Positions 43,542 through 55,018 of a stretch of DNA of 64,000 nt are shown piece by piece. The notes below the pieces were generated by a model. It saw only the letters and a list, made by a program, of their open reading frames with translations, searched no databases and had not been told where the DNA came from. Source of the DNA: Opitutaceae bacterium (lineage in GTDB: Bacteria; Verrucomicrobiota; Verrucomicrobiia; Opitutales; Coraliomargaritaceae); the NCBI GenBank assembly GCA_051252375.1, contig JBPOFY010000002.1:562189-626188 (forward strand), in the 5' to 3' direction. The number at the start of each line of letters is the position of its first letter. The first letter of the stretch is position 1. A program made the translations under genes and the position numbers.

Positions 43542-43653
43542 AAGCGCGGGAGTAAATGCAGATATAGTTCAAAAAGCAAATATGCAAAATGAGAATTTCA
43601 AAGGCCCACATTACGGACAATTGCCCCGAACAAGCAGCTATTCTTAGACTAAA

Positions 43654-46380
43654 TCAGACCTGAGGCTGTAATTCCTCTTCAATTTCTGCCGCTAAAACGT
43701 GTAGCTGTTGGAGCAGCTGTTCTGCCAACTCATCGATGCGCTCCAAATTCTGACGATCACAGGCCAATTCGATATTTCCCGCCAATTCCACACTACGATC
43801 GCACATGAAAACACCAGTCACTCCCTTGAGGCTGTGCGCCACAAAGTAGATTTGTTGGTAGTCGCGTGATTTCAAGGCGCGCTCAAAGCGTGCTATTTCA
43901 TCCGGTAAAGTGCGGATAAATATTTCAGCCACCGCCATGAGATCCTCCACATCTTGACTATCTAATTCCGAGATGCGTTCCGAAAAACTCCCGGCGTGCT
44001 CCTCTTGTTCGACTGTAAAAGTCTCCAATTCGCGAATGCCTCGGTCATCGACCGCCTCCAACACCTCCTTCAAATGCTCTGCCTTAAAGGGCTTAGAGAT
44101 ATAATTGTTCATCCCCGACCTCAAGCAACGCTCGCGGTCGCCCTTCATCGCATGCGCTGTCATCGCGATGATATGGATCGGTGACCGACCTTCTTTCGAT
44201 TCTAGAATACGAATGCGACGCGTGGTCTGATAGCCATCCATTTCCGGCATTTGAATATCCATCAAAATACAATCGAAGACCTCCCGTTTAAGTAGCTCCA
44301 AAACGCGCAAACCATTTTCTGCCACCGTCACTGTGTGCCCCAACTTCTCGAGGCGGCGGCAAGCAATTTTCTGATTAATGTCATTATCCTCAGCCAACAA
44401 TACATTGAGGCCACCAGTAGCGATCTCCTCATCAGATATGACAGGTGCTTTGCGGGCTTCAGGGCCATCCACTTCAAAAGTTTCAAGTATCACTTCCAGT
44501 AAAGTGGTTCGTCGAACTGGCTTCGACAATGCTCTGCAAATTCCAATTCTCTTTGCCCGCTCCGCATCGTCTCGCCCTAATGCCGAGGACAACATGATGA
44601 TGCGACTCTCACTCATGTCAGGTCGATTGCGCACGAGCCCAGCCAAATCCAGTCCGCTGAGACCTGGCATCTGCTGGTCCAATAAGATCAATAAATACGG
44701 GTCGTTCTCAGACACTGCCTGCTCCAGCAAAGCAAGTGCTTCGAGACTATCTTTAGCGCCTGAGCTGCGGTAGCCCCAGCCGGCACACATTTGCTGATAA
44801 ATATCACGATTCGTCTGATTATCATCGACGACCAAGACACGCAAACCTGCCAGCTCGGGATTGAATGGAATCGCTTCGGCTCCATTACGTTCTGATCGCG
44901 CAAATGGAATATCGATCCAGAACTTCGAGCCTTCCCCGGGCACACTCTGCACATGAATATTACCATCCATCAGTTCGGCCAATTCCTTACAAATTGAAAG
45001 GCCTAGCCCCGTGCCACCATATTTCCGTGTCGTCGACATATCCGCTTGAGTGAAGCTGCTAAAGATAGCTTCACAGCGAGACGCCTCGATTCCGATCCCA
45101 GTATCTGCCACCGAAAAACGGATAAATGCGCTGCTCTCATCGGAGTCGAGCAAATCGGCCTTTATTTCAATTTCACCCGCCTCGGTGAACTTCACCGCGT
45201 TACCGATCAAATTATATAGTATCTGCTTAATGCGTGTGGGATCCCCCATCACAAAATGCGGCAACGACTCATCGTAACCGACCACAAGCTCGACTCCTTT
45301 TTTCCGTGTCACTGGGGAAAACTCATCGGCAACGTCTTCCAATAAAGAGCGCGGGCAGAAATTTAATTTTTCCAGATTCAGTTGCCCTGCTTCGATCTTA
45401 GAGAAATCGAGCACATCATTGATCAAAGACATCAATGTGCTGCTACACTGCGTGACCGTATCCAAATAGTCTCGTTGCTCTGGATCCAAGCGCGTCTCTT
45501 GGCACAACTCCGAAGCACCGATAATACCATTGATCGGCGTGCGAATTTCATGACTCATCGCCGCGAGGAATTCACCCTTCGCTCGGCTTGCCGCTTTAGC
45601 TTCAATAATCGCTTCGCGCAAATCGGACTCAGTCTTTTTCAAGTCGCTGATATCACGAGCCACACTCACAGAACCAACAATAAACCCTTCACTACTGCGC
45701 ACAGGAACGGTGGTCATTTGCAACCAATGCTCGGTCCCGTTTTTAAATTTAAACAAAGATACCTGATTCACAGAAGGTATCCCCCCAGTGATTACCTGCT
45801 GATCAATCTCACGAACCCATGCTGCGCTTTCATCCGAAATATACGTCGATAATGTCTCACCCACCGGAGACGGACCACCGTCACCTGCAACTGCAGAACG
45901 AAAACTACTATTGGTGATAATAAAACGCCCATTCGTATCGCGCAGAAAAACATACTCCAATGTATTATCCAGCAAGACTTGCAGGATCTTCATCTCACTG
46001 CGACTACTGAAACGAAGCGTTCCATTCACCGTCGGGTGCTCCATCGTATACAGCCACAATCGCCCTGGAACCGTTGGGTCTAAATGCATCATCACCTCAA
46101 CGGAACTAATCCCATGCTGATTCAGCAATGGCACCACACGCCCCGTCCAGTCACCTTTGGATTCGAGCTGTTCCAATATCGTCGACCAACCACCTTCCAA
46201 ACGAAAACGAAAGTGGTCATGAATCGATACTGCATCGGCATTCGCATCGAAGTAATGCGCATGCATGTGCTCGTTTGCCTGAACCATCTTTTCACCTGTT
46301 TCTGCATACACAACCATACCCCACGGGCAAGCAGTCGGTAGCGTAATCGGGGCAGTAGTATCTTTGGATATGTCAGGCAC
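43654..46380 (-). CDS. Cytoplasmic hybrid histidine kinase (PAS-HisKA-HATPase-REC-REC-HPt)
   Basis: PAS/PAC (VARDISDLK), SHEIRTPING, NLIGNAVKFT, GGTGLGL, two receivers, HPt AHSLKG. Confidence 0.93.
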   Translation of the reverse strand: MPDISKDTTAPITLPTACPWGMVVYAETGEKMVQANEHMHAHYFDANADAVSIHDHFRFRLEGGWSTILEQLESKGDWTGRVVPLLNQHGISSVEVMMHLDPTVPGRLWLYTMEHPTVNGTLRFSSRSEMKILQVLLDNTLEYVFLRDTNGRFIITNSSFRSAVAGDGGPSPVGETLSTYISDESAAWVREIDQQVITGGIPSVNQVSLFKFKNGTEHWLQMTTVPVRSSEGFIVGSVSVARDISDLKKTESDLREAIIEAKAASRAKGEFLAAMSHEIRTPINGIIGASELCQETRLDPEQRDYLDTVTQCSSTLMSLINDVLDFSKIEAGQLNLEKLNFCPRSLLEDVADEFSPVTRKKGVELVVGYDESLPHFVMGDPTRIKQILYNLIGNAVKFTEAGEIEIKADLLDSDESSAFIRFSVADTGIGIEASRCEAIFSSFTQADMSTTRKYGGTGLGLSICKELAELMDGNIHVQSVPGEGSKFWIDIPFARSERNGAEAIPFNPELAGLRVLVVDDNQTNRDIYQQMCAGWGYRSSGAKDSLEALALLEQAVSENDPYLLILLDQQMPGLSGLDLAGLVRNRPDMSESRIIMLSSALGRDDAERAKRIGICRALSKPVRRTTLLEVILETFEVDGPEARKAPVISDEEIATGGLNVLLAEDNDINQKIACRRLEKLGHTVTVAENGLRVLELLKREVFDCILMDIQMPEMDGYQTTRRIRILESKEGRSPIHIIAMTAHAMKGDRERCLRSGMNNYISKPFKAEHLKEVLEAVDDRGIRELETFTVEQEEHAGSFSERISELDSQDVEDLMAVAEIFIRTLPDEIARFERALKSRDYQQIYFVAHSLKGVTGVFMCDRSVELAGNIELACDRQNLERIDELAEQLLQQLHVLAAEIEEELQPQV

Positions 46381-46512
46381 GGTATAGAGTCTTAAAGCAT
46401 ATGTTTAATGCGAATGATCACAGATTATACAATGAAAGAAACGTAGATGTTCAGTCACTAACACTGTAGAATCACCTAAATAAGTGTTTTTTACAGCAAA
46501 CTAACAAGTTTT

Positions 46513-47421
46513 TTACTCCGTTAGGTGCTGCGCAATCGCATCCAACACTTCTTCTCCGCCATCTTCCAAGATGTAATGCCCATGCTGCGGGAACAATTTC
46601 ATGTCCGCCTTTGGAAAGATCGTCTGCCAGCGACGATAGAAATGCATGTTAAAACAAAAGTCTTTGCCGCCCCATACAATTTGGATCGGCTTATCCGCTA
46701 GTTTCGAAAGGTTCGCTTCCACTTCGGCCAGTGTCGAATATGTCGGATGTCCCTCGCGCAACGGAATATCTTTTACGAAATTCCAAACGGCCACACGATC
46801 TGACCAATTCCGATAAGGCGCCAGCATCCCTTTTTTCACGGTATCAGTGAGCGGTTTTTTAACCGACATCACTGCTGCCGGTCCGGCAAACCCATTCAAG
46901 CCACGGATGACCGCTTCTCCCAGCAAAGGCACCTTAATCGAAGCAATCCGCAATGGTATGCGTTTCGACAAAAACGCGGCAGTGTTGAGCAAGACCAACT
47001 TCTCTAAAGCCTCCGGACGGCGCCCAGCCAAACCACAACCGATCGCACCACCCCAATCGTGAACGATCAGGCTGAAGCTTTTGATGTCTAGATAATCGAG
47101 CAAACGCTCTATATCTTCGATACGACGCTTTAGCGTATAAGGATAGTCCTGCGGTTTATCTGATAGTCCACAACCGACATGATCCGGCACAATGCAGCGA
47201 AAGCCCAAGCCGGTTAAACGCTTTATCACGTTTCGGTAATAAAAAGACCACGTCGGATTACCATGCAGCATCACCACTACAGGTCCAGTGCCCTCGTCCA
47301 CATAGTGCATCTGCACGGGACCCTCGGATGTCTCCGTCGCTGGTTGGTCAAATGTGTAACCAATAAATGGATACTCAATCCGCACATCAGTCGGCAATTC
47401 ACTTGCTCTCGATCTATACAT
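46513..47421 (-). CDS. oleB: OleB-like alpha/beta hydrolase (beta-lactone decarboxylase, haloalkane dehalogenase-like)
   Basis: HGNPTWSFYYR, VHDWGG nucleophile Asp, WGGKDFCF, GHYILED; overlaps the oleA stop. Confidence 0.8.
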   Translation of the reverse strand: MYRSRASELPTDVRIEYPFIGYTFDQPATETSEGPVQMHYVDEGTGPVVVMLHGNPTWSFYYRNVIKRLTGLGFRCIVPDHVGCGLSDKPQDYPYTLKRRIEDIERLLDYLDIKSFSLIVHDWGGAIGCGLAGRRPEALEKLVLLNTAAFLSKRIPLRIASIKVPLLGEAVIRGLNGFAGPAAVMSVKKPLTDTVKKGMLAPYRNWSDRVAVWNFVKDIPLREGHPTYSTLAEVEANLSKLADKPIQIVWGGKDFCFNMHFYRRWQTIFPKADMKLFPQHGHYILEDGGEEVLDAIAQHLTE

Positions 47422-48457
47422 CTTCAGGCCACTCCACAGCTAACATTAAACTACTCAAACCACTACCGATCCCCAAAAGCGCCGCTTTCTGACCGGGTCC
47501 ATAAGCACCCGCTTCCATCGCACGCGCTAGAGTAATCGGGCACGAAACCGAACCAACATTGCCCAAGGTCTCGAAGGTGGTAAAATCTTTTGCTAAATCC
47601 AAACCGAGTGCACTGAACAACTCTCGCGTGTGTGCCTTGCCCACTTGGTGCGTGATCACCCGATCAGGTGTATCAGCCGTCCAACCCGTTGCTTCAACGA
47701 AACGTGCCCAGGCTCGAGTCGCGACACCGATACCGGCCACCAGCAACTCTTCCGAGTCGGTCAACATCTCCAAAGAATCGCCCGCACTGTCACCTTGGCA
47801 CAATTCATTGTGCGAGGTGTCGGTTTCCACCACTGCAGCGGTCAACAACGGTGTTGATGCAGGCGCTAGATCCTTCCGACAAAGCACCGCCGCCACAGCT
47901 CCGGCGCCGATCGTTAAATTCGCGAAATACGGTTTAATGGTTTTACGCGTCAGCTCTGGGTTTTGCAACTGGCGCAAAGTATTCTCCACTAAAGGACGCC
48001 CATTCTCGCCCGAGCAAATCAAAGCACGCTCAATCTGACCGCTTTCAATCATACTGCCGGCCACGACCATGGCATTGAGAAAACCTAAGCACGCATTGGA
48101 AATATCAAATATCTGCGTTCCACCCGACAGACCAAGCAAACCATGCACGTAGGATGCTGTTGCCGGCTCCAATCGATCACGGCACACCGCAGAGTGGATC
48201 AAAAGGTCCATTTGCTCACGTTTGAAAGCGGTTTTAGCGAGAACCGCCTCGCCCGCTTTCGCGGAAGCCACCGAAGCAGGCGTGCCGGCTGGGAAAAAGC
48301 GACGTTCTTTTATACCAGTCATCAGTTCCAACCGCCCCTCAGGCAGACGCAGTCGCTGATACACATCAGCCAACTTCGCCTCCACATCTGCCGAGGTCCA
48401 GACCTCATCAGGCAGAGCATAGGCCATCGATTCGATTGCTACGTTGGAAAAATTCAT
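47414..48457 (-). CDS. oleA: OleA-like acyl-CoA condensing enzyme (thiolase/FabH superfamily)
   Basis: LELMTGIKERR, LEPATA, DISNACLGF, THQVG, GNVGS, LLGIGSGL. Confidence 0.85.
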   Translation of the reverse strand: MNFSNVAIESMAYALPDEVWTSADVEAKLADVYQRLRLPEGRLELMTGIKERRFFPAGTPASVASAKAGEAVLAKTAFKREQMDLLIHSAVCRDRLEPATASYVHGLLGLSGGTQIFDISNACLGFLNAMVVAGSMIESGQIERALICSGENGRPLVENTLRQLQNPELTRKTIKPYFANLTIGAGAVAAVLCRKDLAPASTPLLTAAVVETDTSHNELCQGDSAGDSLEMLTDSEELLVAGIGVATRAWARFVEATGWTADTPDRVITHQVGKAHTRELFSALGLDLAKDFTTFETLGNVGSVSCPITLARAMEAGAYGPGQKAALLGIGSGLSSLMLAVEWPEDV

Positions 48458-48807
48458 CTGCTTAATGGGATAGGCGATAGAGGATAGAGGACACGAGTCT
48501 ATTTTTCGGAATATTGCGCCGCCGCGCAGACATTAGCACTTCTTAATCCCCATCATACCCGATTCCCGTCCCCTCCAAAAACAAGCTCCTCCCCTGCTAA
48601 GCATAAGCCAATACACAAGTCGGAGTGGCGTGAATGGGCGATAAAGAAACTCCTTCCCTTACAATCTAACAACCAACCCACTCCCAGTTCCCCCGTCTAA
48701 CGACGGAGGCCACACCAAATCCCGAATCCCATATCTCAAATCCAGCATCTCGCATCACCTCCTTAGTGCCTTGCCTTGGTTTCTCATTTCTTATTCAAAA
48801 ACCACAC

Positions 48808-50433
48808 GTGAATAACAGCACACTTTTCTCCCTGACCCGCCGCTCGAGTTTTCTTTGGAAGGCCACCCTTGCTTTGATCTGCGGATTTCTCGCACTTGGC
48901 ACAGTCCTGAGCTGGCTGAACCCGAACCCGGGCATTTCATACCACGAGATTTTTGAAAGCCCCGACTACTACGAGACCGGTGACGAAAATCCCGACCTCA
49001 TCAATTATTCAATACTCAATGACAAGCTCATCCAGGCACTCAACGGTCCGGCCCCTTTTGAAAATAAACTGATCGATCTCGAAGTCCTGCTTAGTTTTGG
49101 CGCATTCGGAAAGACCATTGCCCTCCCCGAGGCAGCAGAAGTCCCCAACCTCTCTATTAGCGAATACATCGTCGCGGTCGCGTATGCCGAAGCCATAAGA
49201 ATGCCACTCGACAAGACCGAGGCGGCTCCCGATGCAAGCGCGCAACTACAACCGCTCCTCCAACTCGCAGAAAGCCAACAACCCCTGCCCTACGCGAACT
49301 ACGCGTTGGCGCTCTACTATCAAAACGAATCGAAATACTCGTTAGCCATAGCAGCGGTGCAGAATGAAATCGCCTACAACCAAATCGACGCGGCGAAAGA
49401 GCTGCTCATCTATCTGTATTTTCACCAAGAAGACTACGAGCGAATCGAACAGCTACAAACCGATCCTGAATACGCTCCCTTCATTGACAACGCACTTCTT
49501 CAAGACATCGCACTCAAACGGATGGACTGGCCCGCACTGATAACCACCCTGATTCCCGCAGCCTATGCTAACTCGCAAGCTAGCATGGTGTTCTTGGCGC
49601 TATTAACTGGCATCATCTGGAGCGCCTTCCTCATTCGCCTCAACGATGCACCCGCGCACCTCAGCTTTTTACTGAAGTTAGCCATTCCCGCACTCATACT
49701 CGGCGCCCTATCCGCTCACCTCACCATCCTAGTGATTTTCCTGCAAGAATATCAATGGGGGCTCACAGACGGAGATACTTTAATCACACAAGTCATCTAC
49801 TGCGTCGCAGGCATCGGTCTGCGCGAGGAATTACTAAAACTACTGTGCTTCGTGCCGCTGCTCCCCTTCGTGCTTAAGCGCAATGACGACCGCATTACCT
49901 TCATCGTCGCCAGTCTCGTCGGTCTTGGCTTCGCCGTCGAAGAAAACCTCAACTACTTTGAAATGAGCCAGGGCGTTTCCACCCTCGGGCGATTTGTCAC
50001 AGCCAACTTCCTCCACCTCTCCTTGACCGGGCTCTGCGGACTCGCCCTAGCGCGCGCCGTCAAACACGGCGGCTATTGCATCAATCAAGCCGTCAACACG
50101 GTCGGTTTAGCGATCATCGCACACGGCGCCTACGACGCCTTCATCATCGTCCCCGAACTGGTGGAATATGGCATGCTCACCAGCATCGTGTTCATCCTCA
50201 TCGTCTATCGTTATTTCGGGGAAGCACGCGCACTACGAAGAACATGGAGCAGCCCTTTCAGTATGACCGCGCAGCTGACATTCAGCTTGGTCACCATCAT
50301 CGGCACATCATTCATCATCGTAGCATGGTCCAGCGGTGCCATGACCGGACTCATCACCATCGCCTCAGAAGTCATCAGCGTCGGCGTCCTCCTGGTTCTT
50401 TTTTACAGAGAGATCCCTGAAGCAATCCACTAA
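48808..50433 (+). CDS. PrsW-family intramembrane metalloprotease with large extracytoplasmic TPR-like region
   Basis: GLREELLK, GLGFAVEEN, FLH...TG, HGAYD motifs; start uncertain (GTG 48808 or 48766). Confidence 0.8.
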   Translation: MNNSTLFSLTRRSSFLWKATLALICGFLALGTVLSWLNPNPGISYHEIFESPDYYETGDENPDLINYSILNDKLIQALNGPAPFENKLIDLEVLLSFGAFGKTIALPEAAEVPNLSISEYIVAVAYAEAIRMPLDKTEAAPDASAQLQPLLQLAESQQPLPYANYALALYYQNESKYSLAIAAVQNEIAYNQIDAAKELLIYLYFHQEDYERIEQLQTDPEYAPFIDNALLQDIALKRMDWPALITTLIPAAYANSQASMVFLALLTGIIWSAFLIRLNDAPAHLSFLLKLAIPALILGALSAHLTILVIFLQEYQWGLTDGDTLITQVIYCVAGIGLREELLKLLCFVPLLPFVLKRNDDRITFIVASLVGLGFAVEENLNYFEMSQGVSTLGRFVTANFLHLSLTGLCGLALARAVKHGGYCINQAVNTVGLAIIAHGAYDAFIIVPELVEYGMLTSIVFILIVYRYFGEARALRRTWSSPFSMTAQLTFSLVTIIGTSFIIVAWSSGAMTGLITIASEVISVGVLLVLFYREIPEAIH

Positions 50434-50435
50434 AG

Positions 50436-50490
50436 CCGTGAGACAGGCATTCCTGTCTGTCATTCCATCCGAAAAAGAAGGTAGCGGCGC
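50436..50490. repeat. Direct repeat left of the P-type ATPase
   Basis: ccgtgagacaggcattcctgtctgtc...aaggtagcggcgc matches 53459-53512. Confidence 0.8.
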
Positions 50491-50557
50491 TTGTCCCTAA
50501 GCGCCATGTGTCAGAGTTAGGCGTATCCAGTGGCGCTTAGGGACAAGCGCCGCTACC
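50480..50557. repeat. Perfect 27-bp inverted GTAG-REP pair
   Basis: ggtagcggcgcttgtccctaagcgcca (50480-50506) and its exact reverse complement (50531-50557). Confidence 0.9.
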
Positions 50558-50691
50558 ACAAATCACTACACAAAAAACAGAGCCTAAGTTTCTGCGCTCT
50601 TTTGCGCCTCTTAGTTTTTGCGTGAGCCATTCATCCTATCGACGATTCGGCTCGTAAACCGGGGCATTCTTCGCACAATATTGAAGCTGCG

Positions 50692-53415
50692 ATGCAACAG
50701 CACAACCAGTCTTGTTGGTATCAGCGATCGAGCGCAGAAGTGCTTGAAGAACTGAATAGTTCCCCCGAAGGTTTGCCTTTGGAGGCAGCCCAAAAACGAC
50801 TCGTTGAATACGGCTACAATGAACTTGAGATTCAGAAGCCCAGCATGCTGAAACGCCTGCTCCGGCAGTTCCACAACGCGCTCATATATATCCTACTGCT
50901 AGCCATCATACTGACCGGCAGTCTGGGCATGTGGATGGATATGGCAGTCATTCTGGGTGTGGTGCTGCTCAACGTCGTCATCGGCTTCTTTCAGGAAGGC
51001 AAGGCCGAGGCTTCGCTCGAGGCACTCAAGCGCACACTTGTGCAAAAATGCACAATCCTGCGTAATGGCGAGGCCACCATCGTCGCCGCCCGCGAGTTGG
51101 TGCCGGGCGATATTGTAAGCTTAAATGGTGGTGACCGTGTGCCCGCTGATTTAAGACTCATCACCGCGCACGATTGCCATGCCGACGAAAGCGCGCTGAC
51201 AGGCGAGTCTGTGCCAGCCAAAAAAGAAACTACCGCCATCGACCGCCCTAATCTTTCGCCCGGCGACCAGCGTTGCATAGCCTTTAGCGGAACTTTCATG
51301 ACCCGCGGTTCGACTCTGGGCGTCGTCGTGGAAACAGGCGAAAAAACGGAGATCGGCAAAATCGCGGTGCTGATGAAATCAACTAAGGCCCCGCTCACGC
51401 CGCTACAGTTGAAGATCGTGGATTTCACCCGCACCTTGATCATCGCCATCATGATCGTCGGTGTGCTCAACTTCGGGCTCGGTCTGATCGTGGGCTACGA
51501 GATCGGCTACAATTTCCTCGGTTCCATCTCCCTGATCGTGGCTGCTATTCCAGAAATGCTACCGATGATCGTGACGGGCATTCTTGCACTGTCGGCCACA
51601 CGTATGGCGCAACGTAATGCACTCATCCGCCGACTGCCTGCGGCGGAAACTCTAGGCTGCACGACTGTCATTTGCTCCGACAAAACGGGCACCCTTACCA
51701 AGAACGAAATGACCGTGCAAAAAGTGCTGTGCGCCGACGGACTCTACGAGGTCAGCGGAGTCGGCTATGCACCCGAAGGTTTCTTCCTCAAGGACGGCAA
51801 TCCTCTGGATACGACAACGTTGCCACATGCACTGGTCCAAACACTCCAGACAGGTCTGCTTTGCAATGATGCGAGCCTCATAGTGGAAAATGAACAACAC
51901 AGCATCGTCGGCGATCCAACCGAAGGTGCCTTACTTGTCTCGGCAGCCAAAGCACACGTCGCTGACCATTCGGAGCGTATCGACGAAATCCCCTTCGATT
52001 CGGAAAATATGTATATGGCCACCCTCCATAAAGGAGAAGACGCCAACACTATCTACGTCAAAGGCTCGCCCGAATGCTTACTTGCCCGCTGCACTCAGCA
52101 GCAGATGGATGGGCATACCGCACCACTCGACAGCGATCATATACTGGCCGAAGCTGGCAAACTCGCTGGTGAAGCACTCCGCCTACTGGCCATGGCTTGC
52201 AAGACTGTCCCCAAGACACACAACGACCTGACACACGAGGACCTGCAAGGCCTCACCTTCCTCGGCATCGAAGGCATGATCGACCCGCCACGTCCCGAAG
52301 CCATACAGGCCATTGCCAAATGCAAAACCGCCGGCATCCGTCCGGTGATGATCACAGGGGACCACTCGATCACCGCCAGCGCAGTGGCTCGGCAACTCGG
52401 CATTATCGAAGGTGAAGACCAACAAGCCATCGGCGGCGAGGAGCTCGCGACCATGAGCGACGACGACCTGCGCGAGGCGGTGGCCACGGTGTCGGTCTTT
52501 GCCCGTGTCGCCCCCGAGCACAAACTACGCATCGCTAAGATGCTACAGGAACGCGGCGAGATCGTCGCCATGACCGGTGACGGAGTGAACGACGCCCCCG
52601 CCCTGAAAGCCGCCGACATCGGTATAGCCATGGGCATTACCGGCACGGAGGTGAGCAAAGAGGCCGCCGGCATGGTGCTCACGGACGACAATTTTGCCAG
52701 CATCGTTGGTGCCGTCGAGGAAGGTCGCCATGCGTGGAAGAATCTCGAGAAAGCCATTCTCTACACTCTACCCACCAATGGAGGTCAAGCGCTGCTCGTG
52801 ATCGGCGCCGTGCTCATGGCCGCCTTCGTGCCGATCTTCTCGGCACGCCTCACCTTGGAGCCCGTCATGATTCTATGGATCAACCTCTTCGACTCCGTCT
52901 TCCTCACCATGCCGCTCATGATGGAAGCTAAGGAGCGCGGACTGCTACTAGATCCACCGCGCCCACCAAATGAGAAACTAGCCAGTTGGTTACTCCTAGG
53001 ACGTGTCGTTTTAATCGGGCTAGCCATCGCCCTGCCCGGCTTCTGGATCTACCATCACTTCGGTGCCGCCGCAGTCGCAGCTGACGGCACCATACTCAAT
53101 GAACTATTACTCACACAGGCCCAAACCGCTGCATTCTGGGCAGTGCTCATGGTGCACTTCGGTTTCGTAATGAGCGCCCGTTCGGTGTATCAGTCCGCCT
53201 TCAGCTTCAGCCCTTTTGGCAACAAGTGGTTGCTCGCCGGCATCGCAGCCAGCGTCGCACTACGCTTACTCCCCGCTTTCATCCCTGCAATTGCTGTCGC
53301 TTTCCGAACAGCAAACTTCCCCATGGAATGGTGGCTATACATTCTCCCCTGCCTACTCCCCGGCTTCATAGTGCTAGAGTTAGAAAAACTCATAAGGAGG
53401 CAACTAGCACGCTAG
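50692..53415 (+). CDS. Cation-transporting P-type ATPase (type II)
   Basis: [43 protein letters not shown]. Confidence 0.95.
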   Translation: MQQHNQSCWYQRSSAEVLEELNSSPEGLPLEAAQKRLVEYGYNELEIQKPSMLKRLLRQFHNALIYILLLAIILTGSLGMWMDMAVILGVVLLNVVIGFFQEGKAEASLEALKRTLVQKCTILRNGEATIVAARELVPGDIVSLNGGDRVPADLRLITAHDCHADESALTGESVPAKKETTAIDRPNLSPGDQRCIAFSGTFMTRGSTLGVVVETGEKTEIGKIAVLMKSTKAPLTPLQLKIVDFTRTLIIAIMIVGVLNFGLGLIVGYEIGYNFLGSISLIVAAIPEMLPMIVTGILALSATRMAQRNALIRRLPAAETLGCTTVICSDKTGTLTKNEMTVQKVLCADGLYEVSGVGYAPEGFFLKDGNPLDTTTLPHALVQTLQTGLLCNDASLIVENEQHSIVGDPTEGALLVSAAKAHVADHSERIDEIPFDSENMYMATLHKGEDANTIYVKGSPECLLARCTQQQMDGHTAPLDSDHILAEAGKLAGEALRLLAMACKTVPKTHNDLTHEDLQGLTFLGIEGMIDPPRPEAIQAIAKCKTAGIRPVMITGDHSITASAVARQLGIIEGEDQQAIGGEELATMSDDDLREAVATVSVFARVAPEHKLRIAKMLQERGEIVAMTGDGVNDAPALKAADIGIAMGITGTEVSKEAAGMVLTDDNFASIVGAVEEGRHAWKNLEKAILYTLPTNGGQALLVIGAVLMAAFVPIFSARLTLEPVMILWINLFDSVFLTMPLMMEAKERGLLLDPPRPPNEKLASWLLLGRVVLIGLAIALPGFWIYHHFGAAAVAADGTILNELLLTQAQTAAFWAVLMVHFGFVMSARSVYQSAFSFSPFGNKWLLAGIAASVALRLLPAFIPAIAVAFRTANFPMEWWLYILPCLLPGFIVLELEKLIRRQLAR

Positions 53416-53458
53416 ACCAAAGTGCGGAATAAACGATCGCCGAAGCGATTCACGAATA

Positions 53459-53512
53459 CCGTGAGACAGACATTCCTGTCTGTCCATCCCAGCCTAAAAA
53501 AGGTATCGGCGC
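53459..53512. repeat. Direct repeat right of the P-type ATPase
   Basis: ccgtgagacagacattcctgtctgtc...aaggtatcggcgc. Confidence 0.8.
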
Positions 53513-53550
53513 AGCAGTTAATGATCATTGTATCGTGATATTAAGTATGA

Positions 53551-53635
53551 TGTAGCCACGTCACTCTGTGACGTGATCGTTAGAACAGACTTTGCCAGCT
53601 AAAGCAAAACACGGCAGGAGACTGCCGTGGCTACA
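53551..53635. repeat. GTAGCCACG-family REP dyad
   Basis: tgtagccacgtcactctgtgacgtg ... aaacacggcaggagactgccgtggctaca. Confidence 0.85.
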
Positions 53636-53895
53636 CAATTATGGATGATGTAGCTGCGCTCGAAGCTACCCTCAATTATTCTGTCGTAAGCCACGAATGC
53701 AGAGCTCCTCCGTGCCTCTGCGCCTCTCCTGCCATGAGCCTGTCGAATGGATGTGAGCCACTCATACGGAAAGTTTAACCACGAATTTCACGAAGGCACA
53801 GAGAGTTAGACTCTTCCTAATAGCGTGACAAAACCTCGCCACTAGAGTTTAAAGGAATGAACCGCTACGCAACGAATCCACCACTCACACTTAAA

Positions 53896-54459
53896 ATGAA
53901 GCACCTACCCCTCATCGCCTGCTTACTCCTCGCCCCAGTCTGTTTCGGACAGAAAGTTGAACTCGCCACAAGTATCGCCCCAGAAGATCTGGGTGCCTAC
54001 AAGTGGACTCTCAGCGGCACCGCCGAAGAAAACAATGTTGTTATCTTTCGATTGACCACGATTCGAGAATGGCCGAACGGAAAGGTGACGACCAACATTC
54101 ACGACACTGTGGAGTATACACCGGGCAAAAAACAAACAGTCACCGCGTTCTTCTACGACCCACACTATTTTGAAAACAGAGACAAAGAGCCCACGTGGCA
54201 CTTCCGCGCGATCGGAGAAACGGGCTCGATTGAAGGCAAGTATGCGGGGCACTCATACGGTGACGGAAAAAACGAAATTCATTTCAATAGCGTGCGATGG
54301 GGAAAGACGACGAAGGCGTTCGAAACTTTCATTATGTCCCACGAAGCCGCTACATTACTGCATCCCGACCTACCTCCAATTCCTGAGAACGGAGGGTGGG
54401 CCTGGGCTGGCGATCTTAAAGAGCAAAGCGAACAAGTCGGCACTGACCAACCAATGTAA
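53896..54459 (+). CDS. Exported hypothetical protein
   Basis: Signal-peptide-like start MKHLPLIACLLLAPVCFG; start at ATG 53896. Confidence 0.65.
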   Translation: MKHLPLIACLLLAPVCFGQKVELATSIAPEDLGAYKWTLSGTAEENNVVIFRLTTIREWPNGKVTTNIHDTVEYTPGKKQTVTAFFYDPHYFENRDKEPTWHFRAIGETGSIEGKYAGHSYGDGKNEIHFNSVRWGKTTKAFETFIMSHEAATLLHPDLPPIPENGGWAWAGDLKEQSEQVGTDQPM

Positions 54460-54532
54460 CCCGCCGAAAATCCAAAAACCACTTGAACCACTAAATAGTC
54501 AGGCTGGGTGCCTAGCCTCCACGATCTACAGA

Positions 54533-54934
54533 ATGAACGAAAATAAAACCCAGACTACTGACCTTGAAGAGCAAATAATATGGCTTTCTCGCGCCGTAAG
54601 AGCTCTGGTCATAGCTTTCGCAGTAGCATCGAACATACGACTTTGGACAGTGCTAAGGAATGGCGAAAAATTTGGGCAGATGTTCCAAGATATGCTGGAT
54701 GGTGCTGCACTCCCAATTCTGACGAGAATCTTTACTACTTATCATTTCGGAATCTATGCCGCGACTACGGCTCTAACAGTCACCGCGATCGCTCTTATTC
54801 TCGCACAAAAAGAAAAAACAATGCTACTCAGCTTTGGTGTCCTTGTAGGTTTCCTATCCTACGCACTGGCCGAAACAGCGAACCAAGCATATTGGCAACC
54901 GATACACGAAATCATCAAGCAACTCACTGGATGA
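54533..54934 (+). CDS. Small membrane hypothetical protein
   Basis: ATG 54533 (MNENKTQ); three hydrophobic segments; FGQMFQDMLDGAALPILT is reminiscent of the PilC/GspF loop. Confidence 0.6.
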   Translation: MNENKTQTTDLEEQIIWLSRAVRALVIAFAVASNIRLWTVLRNGEKFGQMFQDMLDGAALPILTRIFTTYHFGIYAATTALTVTAIALILAQKEKTMLLSFGVLVGFLSYALAETANQAYWQPIHEIIKQLTG

Positions 54935-55018
54935 AAACAAAAGGTATATACGGCCAAAGCTATCCACTACTTTCGTGCCCCGCACTCCAATCAAAATAGT
55001 GCTCTACGAAAGATTGAA

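Noticed and set aside
48495..48713. Possible riboswitch or ncRNA between oleA and the prsW-like gene
   Set aside because: I recognised no conserved aptamer motif; it looks like promoter DNA plus decayed repeats.
54170..54532. 5' part of the 254-aa ORF
   Set aside because: It overlaps the preceding gene in another frame; the likely start is ATG 54533.
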